From positions 96,001 through 160,000 of the forward strand of contig CAWAUM010000012.1 of assembly GCA_963785235.1 (NCBI GenBank): a stretch of DNA of 64,000 nt, given 5' to 3'. A model generated the notes under the pieces. That model was given only the letters and a program-made list of their open reading frames with translations, searched no databases and was not told the origin of the DNA. The DNA comes from an uncultured delta proteobacterium. GTDB taxonomy: Bacteria; Desulfobacterota; Desulfomonilia; UBA1062. Below, in pieces: positions 52,401-61,400 of this stretch (positions are counted from its first letter, which is position 1; each line of letters begins with the position of its first letter). Position numbers and translations under genes: made by a program.

Positions 52401-55376
52401 ATGAAAGCATCTACAAGAATAACTTCACTGAACCTGATCACACACATGGGCTTGCGCACCATGGCCTTTGCGTTCAACAATTTCCGTTCGCTGAGACGCC
52501 GTATGAAGTGCTCGGACGGCTGGATCAACTTCTCCGTGGGCATCTGCACCGAGACCGGAAGCGTTGCCCAGACCATCAGATTCAATGAGGGCCGGGTCAG
52601 GGTGGTCCATGGGGTGAACGGTGGTTCGGATGTCGTCCTGAAGGCCGTGGACGACGCGGTCCTGAAGGATCTCATCTCGGCCCCGCCCAGCGAACTCCTC
52701 AACATGATGCTCCGGAACAGGCTCATGATCGAGGGCAACATTGCCTGCCTGCAGCTGTTCACCTACTATCTTTCCCTGCTGTCCGGCAGGATGCACGAGA
52801 AGATGCTCAACAGGGCACGGAAGGACGAGATCGAAACACGCAGGCGGGAATCCTGCATGAATGAACCGGGCCTGGCCGGGAGGCTGAACGCCAGGCGGAA
52901 AGAGCATCTGAGAGCCGGCCACAGGGAAGACGGCAGCGTCATCCATCTCCATGACCCCTATCTCCCGGACCTTGACTTGGAAGATTTTCCCCGGCTGAAG
53001 AAGCTGCTGGAAAGGCAACGGGGCAGCAGGCCCGAGTTGTGCGCAGAGCGCCCGAGGCTTCTGACCGAATGGCATCGCCGGAACGGGTTCGAGGAGGTGA
53101 GCCCGGGCAGGCCGTGGCAGCCCGTGCTGAGGCAGGGTCTGGTCTTCGAATACCTTTTGAGGCACAAGAAACCCGTTATAGCCGAATCCCAGCTCCTGGC
53201 CGGATCGACAACCTCCAACCCTGTCTGCGGGGTGGTTGTGTACCCCGACGCCCAGGCCACCATGATCTGGGGTGAGCTGAATTCCGTGGACAAGCGGCTC
53301 CTCAACCCATACGAAGTCAGTGACGAGACCAGGGAGATCCTGAATGACATCTTCCCCTTCTGGATCAGACGCTCCTTTCACGAATGCGTAAACAGGGAGC
53401 ACGGAAGGCCGCTCTCGCTCAGACTCAGCGAGCGGGTAGTGGCCATCGTGTGCTCCAAGGCCTTCTGCGTATCCCACACTGTGCCCGGCATCAGAACCAT
53501 TCTCGAGAAGGGTACAGAGGGCATTATCGACGACATACAGGCCAGGCTCGCCGGGGATCCCCTGGACGATGAAGGATCGGCGACCCTGGAAGGCATGATC
53601 CATAGCCTGAAAGGCCTGGAGGCGTATGCCGGCAACCTTTCATCAGAGGCCAGGCTGCTCTCAGAAAAGGCACCTGATCCTGTACGTGCAGGGGAACTGC
53701 TCCACATGGCTGAAGTCAGCGCACGTGTTCCCCGCAATCCGGCTGAAACCCTTGACGAAGCCGTTCAGAGCGTCTGGACTACCTGGATCGGCATGCACAT
53801 GGAAAACACCAATGCCGGCCTTTCTCCCGGAAGGCTTGACCAGTGGCTGCAGCCATTTTACCTGGCTGACATGGAAAAAATACGCGATGACCAAGGGCGA
53901 AAGGACTACATACGTCACGCCATCGAGCTGATCGGTTGCCTCTACCTGAGGATATCCGACCACATGCCGCTCTCGCCGGACATCGGCAACATCCTCTTCG
54001 GCACGTCCCCACCCAACCAGGTCATCACACTGGGCGGCATCACGCCCGAGGGCGAAGACGGTGTGAACGACATGACCTACATCTTCCTCAAGGTCACCGA
54101 GATGCTCGGCCTGCCGGATCCCAACATCAATGCCCGCATCAACGTGGAAAAGAACAGCGGGACCTATATCAAAAGGCTCTGCGAGGTGAACTACACCACG
54201 TCGGCAACCCCTTCCCTGCACAACGATGCAGCTGTCTTCGCAGCGCTTAAGCCTCACGGCTATCCTGAAGAGCACATCCGTGACTGGAGCGCCACCGGCT
54301 GTGTAGAACCCACCATATCGGGCCGCCACAACGGACATACCGGCGGCATCCTCATCAACCTGGTCGCCGCCATGGAGATGGCTCTCCACAACGGCCGTCA
54401 CCCTTTCATGCAGTGGGACCTGGGGCCAAAGACCGGCGATGTCGAGGACTTCATGACCTTTGAGGAGTTCTTCGGGGCCTATGCAGCCCAGCTGCGTTTC
54501 CTCATCGAGCAGGCTGTGAGTCTGAACAACCTGTTTGCCGAGGTCCATGCGCACATGAGGCCCACGCCCTTCATCAGCTCTACGATGGAGGGCTGCATCG
54601 AGAAAGGCCGCGACATCACCCGGGGCGGGGCGCGTTACAACACGACCGGCGCTGCCAACATCGGACTGGTCGACATCGTAGACAGCCTCATGGCCATCAA
54701 GAAACTGGTCTTCGACGAACAGAAAATAAGCTTCAGGGAACTGATGGATGCGGTTGACTCTGATTTCAAAAGAGCCCCTCATGTAAGGGCCTTGGCTCGG
54801 AACAAGGTCCCCCTGTTCGGATCGGGGGACAAGGAGGCCAGTGATATGGCTGACCGCGTGGCATCCCTCATCCACGGCATCTACACCTCGCATCGCAACT
54901 ATCGCGGGGGTAAGTACACCAGCGGGTTCTGGTCCATGTCCCAGCACACGGCCTATGGCAACCTCTCAGGAACTCTCCCCTCGGGTCGGTTGGCAGGCAT
55001 GCCTTTCACCCCAGGGCTCACCCCCGAGCCTCATGCCAGCAGAAATTACCTGGATTTCATCTCGGATGTAGCCGGGCTTGACCCCGTGAACATGGACAAC
55101 AATATGGCCTTCAACGTCAAGCTCTCGCCTTCGCCCGGGGAAAGCCGCGAGGAGATCGTGGGCAACATGGCTGCCTATGTGAAGACCTACTGTGGCCTGG
55201 GAGGCATGCAGATGCAGTTCAACGTAGTAGATTCACGGATGCTCAGGGACGCCATGACCAATCCTGAAAACTACCGGGACCTGATCGTGAGGATCTCGGG
55301 ATACAACGCCTATTTCGTAGCGCTGAACCGGGCCCAGCAGCTCGAGCTCATCGGCAGGGCCGAGTACGGGGTCTGA
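52401..55376 (+). CDS. Glycyl radical enzyme (eliminase/PFL2-type) with SCP2-like N-terminal domain
   Basis: GRLDQ, GCVEP Cys loop, QMQFNV, LIVRISGY Gly loop; N-terminal extension ending NRLMIEGN. Confidence 0.9.
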   Translation: MKASTRITSLNLITHMGLRTMAFAFNNFRSLRRRMKCSDGWINFSVGICTETGSVAQTIRFNEGRVRVVHGVNGGSDVVLKAVDDAVLKDLISAPPSELLNMMLRNRLMIEGNIACLQLFTYYLSLLSGRMHEKMLNRARKDEIETRRRESCMNEPGLAGRLNARRKEHLRAGHREDGSVIHLHDPYLPDLDLEDFPRLKKLLERQRGSRPELCAERPRLLTEWHRRNGFEEVSPGRPWQPVLRQGLVFEYLLRHKKPVIAESQLLAGSTTSNPVCGVVVYPDAQATMIWGELNSVDKRLLNPYEVSDETREILNDIFPFWIRRSFHECVNREHGRPLSLRLSERVVAIVCSKAFCVSHTVPGIRTILEKGTEGIIDDIQARLAGDPLDDEGSATLEGMIHSLKGLEAYAGNLSSEARLLSEKAPDPVRAGELLHMAEVSARVPRNPAETLDEAVQSVWTTWIGMHMENTNAGLSPGRLDQWLQPFYLADMEKIRDDQGRKDYIRHAIELIGCLYLRISDHMPLSPDIGNILFGTSPPNQVITLGGITPEGEDGVNDMTYIFLKVTEMLGLPDPNINARINVEKNSGTYIKRLCEVNYTTSATPSLHNDAAVFAALKPHGYPEEHIRDWSATGCVEPTISGRHNGHTGGILINLVAAMEMALHNGRHPFMQWDLGPKTGDVEDFMTFEEFFGAYAAQLRFLIEQAVSLNNLFAEVHAHMRPTPFISSTMEGCIEKGRDITRGGARYNTTGAANIGLVDIVDSLMAIKKLVFDEQKISFRELMDAVDSDFKRAPHVRALARNKVPLFGSGDKEASDMADRVASLIHGIYTSHRNYRGGKYTSGFWSMSQHTAYGNLSGTLPSGRLAGMPFTPGLTPEPHASRNYLDFISDVAGLDPVNMDNNMAFNVKLSPSPGESREEIVGNMAAYVKTYCGLGGMQMQFNVVDSRMLRDAMTNPENYRDLIVRISGYNAYFVALNRAQQLELIGRAEYGV

Positions 55377-55411
55377 GAAGACCAGGTATATCTTTATGAG
55401 GGAAATGACTC

Positions 55412-58400
55412 TCAGGTGACTGCAGCTGGTATTATCACCTTGACATTGTGTTCCCGGTGGTCATCCACAAGGGGGATCGCCTTGTCTTTCAGGACCTGTC
55501 CGTCGAGTTCCACAAGCATCTCGCCCAATACATCGTGTGTTTGCTGGAAGATGATGTGATAGAATGTTTCCCGATACCGGTAAAGGACCTTGAAAGTCTC
55601 CCAACCCTTCACAGGCAGGCACGGGGCAAAACGCAGCTTGTCCACGTCAAGCTTGAGCCCCAGCAGTGATTCCACGATCAGCCGGTACATCCAGGCAGCC
55701 GAGCCCGTGTACCACGACCAGCCGCCGCGGCCGGTATGCGGGGAAAGTGCATAGACATCGGCAGCGACAACATATGGCTCGACTTTATAGGTGTTGACTT
55801 CACCGGCAGACCTGGCATGATTTATCGGATTGATCATGGCAAGCAGTTCCCAGGCGCCGGCGTGATCGCCTAACGCAGCCAATGCCATGGTCACCCAGAT
55901 TGCCCCATGGGTGTACTGCCCCCCATTCTCCCTCACACCCGGGACATAACCTTTTATGTAGCCGGGATTCAGATCCGATTTGTCAAACGGCGGGTCCAAC
56001 AGCTGGATCAGACCGACGTCCCGCCGAACGAGGCGTTGATCCACCTCCTTCATTGCCATGCGAGAGCGAACAGGGTCGCCCGCTCCTGAGAGAACCGACC
56101 AGCTTTGGGCTATCGAATCAATCCGGCATTCGGGATTACTCGCCGATCCAAGCGGCGTACCGTCGTCGAAGTAGGCGCGGCGATACCACTGTCCGTCCCA
56201 TCCACTCTGCTCGATATTCCAGCGCAATTGATCCGCCTCCCTCTGGCAGCGTTCGACAAAGGACAGGTCACCGTGCATGCGGGCAACCTCACTGAACTGC
56301 ATAAGCACATCATACAGGAAAAAGGCCAGCCAGACACTTTCACCTCTACCGTGTTCGCCCACGAGGTTCATACCGTCATTCCAGTCACCCGAACCCATGA
56401 GAGGCAGGCCATGTTCACCAAAATTGAGGCCTTTGACGATGGCCCTGACACAGTGTTCGTACAGAGCGGCAACGACCTCGGAATGCGCCGGCAGATCGTA
56501 ATAGGAGTCTTCGTCCTGATTTACCGGACGGCCTTCTATGAAACCCACGGGTTCATCCAGAACGCCCGTATCACCGGTGGAGAGAACATAGCGGCAGGTA
56601 GCCATGACGAGCCAGAGAAAATCGTCCGAACAATGTGTGCGCACCCCCCGGCTTAACGGAGGATGCCACCAATGCTGAACATCTCCCTCCCTAAACTGGT
56701 GGGCTGCGCACAGGAGGAGATGCTCGCGCACGAGGTGCGGCTTCGTGTGGATGAGTGCCATCACGTCCTGCAGCTGGTCGCGGAAACCGAATGCACCGCC
56801 GGACTGGTAATAACCGCTCCGCGCCCAGAGGCGGCAGACAAGGGTCTGGTACAAAAGCCAACCGTTGGCCATAATGTTAACAGCCATATCAGGTGTTTCG
56901 ACCTGTATCGCCCCATGTGTCTGGTTCCAGAACTGCCAGAGAGTTTCAAGCTCGCCGCGCGCGGCTACAGAACCACGGAAGCGGTTAACCAGCTTTACAG
57001 CATCATCGACATCCAGCCCTGTGCCGAGCCTGAAGATGATCTCGCGTTCCTGGCCAGCTGCCAGCTCGAAGGGAACCTGGATGGCCGCGCATGGATCGAA
57101 AGCAGCCCCAACTTTGTTGGAAAGCCGCGTCCGCTTGAGGGCAGCCGGATTTTTGAGCGTGCCGTTGCGCCCGATGAACTCCGCTCGATCGCCGCTTACA
57201 CTCCGGGTAGCATCATCCACATCGAAGAAGGCGACCCGGCCTGCGAACTCTGTGTTGTAAGGGTTCCGGGCAAACAGGGCGCCGCTGGTCGGATCTATCC
57301 CGGTAACCACATGCATGGCCGATTTCGGTCGCAGGTCTCCCAGCACCCACTCAACGTAGCCCGTCACAGAGAGCCGGCGGCTTCGACCCGACTCGTTTCG
57401 CACTTTGAGTACGGTGAATTTGACCGCTGCGTCCAGTGCCACGTACACCCACACCTCTGAGCGGATTCCGCGCTCCGTATGCTCGAAGACGCTGTAACCG
57501 AAGCCATGCCGGGTTACGTAAGGCGTGGCCCCTTGGCTGGGCAACCCCATGGGCGACCAGAAGTGGCCACGCTCTTCATCACGAAGGTAAAAAGCTTCTC
57601 CGCTTAAATCGCCCACGATATCGTTGTTCCACGGAGTGAGGCGGAACTCATGGGCATTTTCGCTCCAGGTGTAGGCAAGCCCGCTCTCTGAGATGATGGA
57701 GCCAAAGCGCGGATTCGCCAGTACATTCACCCACGGCGCCGGTGTCATCTGATCTTGCGCTGTCGTAATTACGTACTCTTTCCCGTCAGGGGTGAATCCT
57801 CCGATCCCGTTGAAGAAGTTCAGATCATGGCGGGGCAAAGCACTTACGGCCTTTGGTTCAAGGCGGTGTGTCCGGGTCGGATTAAGCAGCGGCAGGGCTG
57901 CTTCGAGAGCGCCTCGCCGGTAGAGCTGTTCCGCCAGTGCCCCATGGCTGTCGGTGATGATGGCCCGCGCGACCGTTTGGAAGAGAATACGGTCTTCGCT
58001 CGATATCTGCTCGGCGAGCCTTACAAAGATTCCTCCCGGGCGATCCGTCACGTTGACTTCGATGCCTGCGGCAATGAGCCCCATGATCTGGTCGTGCAGA
58101 AGTTGCCGATAACCGGCGTGATCTTCATTCCAGATCACCAGGTCCACGATCAGTCCCTTTAAACGCCAGTACGCGTGGGCCTGGACGAGTTGACGTACCA
58201 GTTCAATATTGGATGGGTCTTTGATCTGCAGCAGCACAATAGGCAAATCGCCTGAAATGGCATAGCCCCAGAGGCCCGATTGTCCACGATTGTTCTTGAT
58301 GAGGATGCCCGCTTCGGCGCGCAACGACGAATTGGCATAGATTACGGAACCGGCAAGGCGTCCATAGAGTTGTGCGTCGGCCTCCGTAATATTGAGCTGT

Positions 58401-61400
58401 CGCAGGATCACCTGAGAGTGTGTCCAAGCCAGATCGAAAACGCGATCCGCGAGGCGCCGATCCTGGTATTTTTCCATAAGGGAGAGTGCTGTCTCCCTTG
58501 TTTCAGCGATACCCAAGACCATATCGACTGTCGCCGATTTTCCCGGATCAAGCATGACCAGGTGCCGGATCGCGACAATCGGATCGAGCACGGAGCCGTC
58601 ACTGCCCGAGAGCGCAGCAGACCCCCTCAAGGCTTGAGGATTTACAAGGGTGTTCCCGCGGCCGATGAACCGCATGCGGTCGGTCTCATAGGAAACTTCT
58701 CCGGTGTGCGCCCCGTGCACGGCCATCAGGTGAAACATCCACGGAACAGGATCACCCTTTGAGCGAGGCCGGCGGGTACACAGGATCGCCCGGTGTTGAT
58801 TAAGGATCTCGGTCTGGACAAAGAGGTTGCTGAACGCCGGATGCAACGCATCAGTGGCCGGCGGTGCGAGAACGACTTCCGCGTAGCTCGTCACCTCGAT
58901 CGTTCTGTGCCTGCGGGAACGGTTGGTGATGCGTACTCGGCGCAATTCGATATCATCCTCCGGCGAGACGGCGATCTCGGTATGCATGTCGATATCATTG
59001 TCGCGGCGGCGGAACTCTGCACGGCCCTCTGAAAAAATCACCTCATAGAGCTTCGGTTGTTTCAGGGTAGGCTGGTAGGAACTTGACCAGAACTCAGAGC
59101 TTTCCATATCACGGATGTAGCAGAATGTTCCCCAGTTATCACTGGTAGTGTCTTCGCGCCACCTGGTGACGGCCATGTCCTTCCAGCGGCTGTAGCCGCC
59201 TCCCGAATTCGTAACCATGACGTTGTATCTGGGATTCGATAACAACTGAACTTCCGGGACCGGTGTATCCGGGCTGCTGAAGACACGTACCGGGGTCTCC
59301 GGGCCAGCAGGAGTCGTGCGTAACTCGGAGAGCTCCGTGGTGTGCGAATAGAACGACGTGGCCTTGGGAACACGTTCCTGAAGCAAAAGTGTAGTCGAGC
59401 GGAAAAGCGGATCAGACTCGAATCGCTGCTGCATGGGACGGTCCAGCAGGGTATAGGCCAGGGCCAGGAGGCTCATGCCCTGGTGATGTGACATGAAGGC
59501 CAGGACCACGGCGTTCGCTTGCCCGCGCGTCTGACGTGAAGGGGTGTAGTCGATTGCTTCAAAAAAGCCGAATCTTCCCGCAAACCCCTGCTGGGCAAGT
59601 CGTTGCAGATTCAGGCACGCTGCCTCGGGTGCTACCATCAGCGCCAGCGCCGAGGCATACGGTGCAATGACAAGGTCCTCGGCAAGACCGCGTTTGAGCC
59701 CCAGGCCGGGTACGCCGAATGCACGGTACTGGTAGTTGAGATGAACATCGACCATGTTGTATCCGGATTCAGAAATTCCCCACAGTACCCCGTGGTGCAT
59801 CCCATACTCGATCTGCCTTTCAACAGCCGCCTTGTAGGTCCGGTCAAGCAGGGTGTTTTCATATGTCGGCATTATGAGAAGCGGCATGAGGTACTCGAAC
59901 ATCGATCCGTCCCAGGAGAGAAGTACCGGATCTCCGCCGACATTTGTGAGGAGGCGTCCCAGGGCAAACCAGGACTCCTGAGGCAGTTGTCCCTGGGCAA
60001 TCGCCACGAAGCATGACAATCGTGCCTCCGAAGCCAGCAGGTCATAGAAACTCGAATCCCTCTGATTCTCCCCGATGTTGTACCCGATTGAGAGCAGATG
60101 ACGTGTTTTGTCATACAGGAAGCCATACTCCATGTGAGCCAGCTCGTTTAATTGCCGGGTAAGACTTTCAATCTCCCCTATTCTCTCCTGGGCGTGAAAG
60201 CTTGCTTCACTGATAAGATCTCGAAGCTTAACAAGCAACCCTGTTTCCTCTGGTGTAACGTTCGCCGCTTGTGGTTGTCTGATTGCCCTTTGCAACTCCT
60301 TATCGAAGCTAGCCAGTTGGGAGAGCGTTGGGATTTCTCCCATGACCTTGAAATCACTGAGCCGCTCGGAACCATCAGGAAGCGCTGTCCACGGGGCAAG
60401 AAACGTCAGTTCATCCAAGGCGTAGTGGCATTGCCGGGCCAAAGTAGTAGCCCACCACGTCGATTCGTTCTCGGGATCGACATCCAGGACACGTACCATA
60501 TCCTCAGCAGACTTAGTCAGCCGGTCCAGGCAGGCCCTCACTTCTGCCAGTGTGGATAACCGGGAATTGGCAAGGTCATTCCGAAACCGGGCGAGCGGGA
60601 CTGAAGCGGCAGCTGCTCCAGAATCCACGAGGATCTCGATGGTGTCTCTTAAGCCCTCAAACAACCGCGGACTCACTATTTTGTGATCGGGAAGTGCAAG
60701 CAGGCCTGAGCGCAATGTCAGAAGGTGAGCCCCCAGGTTCCCGCTGTCCACCGACGAGATGTAAAAAGGCGGCAGAGGCTTCAAGGTCTGTGTGTCATAC
60801 CAGTTGTAGAAGTGTCCCCGGTGCCGTTCCAAGGCTTGCATCGTCCGGATTGCGTTCTCTGTGCGCATAAGGACTTGTCCGACAGGTATATAGCCGAAGT
60901 CATATGCGGCAATGTTCGCAAGAAGCGAAAGTCCCATGTTTGTGGGCGATGTGCGATGTGCAACCTGCTCAGGGCGATTCTCCTGATAGCTGTCTGGCGG
61001 CAGCCAGTTATCATCAGGGCCGATGAATGTTTCGAAAAATGCCCAGGTCTTTCGGGAGATCTTTCTCAGAAAGATGGTCTGATCGGCACTCAACTGTGCC
61101 TGAAGGCGTGCGAAAGGCCGGCTGATCCACCACGCTACAGCAGGCGAGGCAAACCAGAGGCCCAGTATGGGCCAGGCATAAATTAATGATGCCGTCCTGA
61201 AAAGTGCGAGCTGGATAATTGCTGCAAAGGCAATACAAGGTGCGAACCACATGGTCAGGTACGAGCTGAGAAGATTCGTGCGGCTATCGTGGTTGCCCAA
61301 AGGATTCCATTCGAGCAGTCGTTTGCGGGTGATCAGCAATCGCCATGTCGTGCGCAAAACCGCATCCAGACTGAAGAACGCCTCATAAGGAAGGCAGGCC

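Noticed and set aside
52425-54947. Long minus-strand ORFs (392 and 428 aa)
   Set aside because: Antisense to the glycyl radical enzyme; codon-bias shadows
52401-55376. Annotation as pyruvate formate-lyase pflB
   Set aside because: Single Cys in GCVEP rather than the CC pair of PFL
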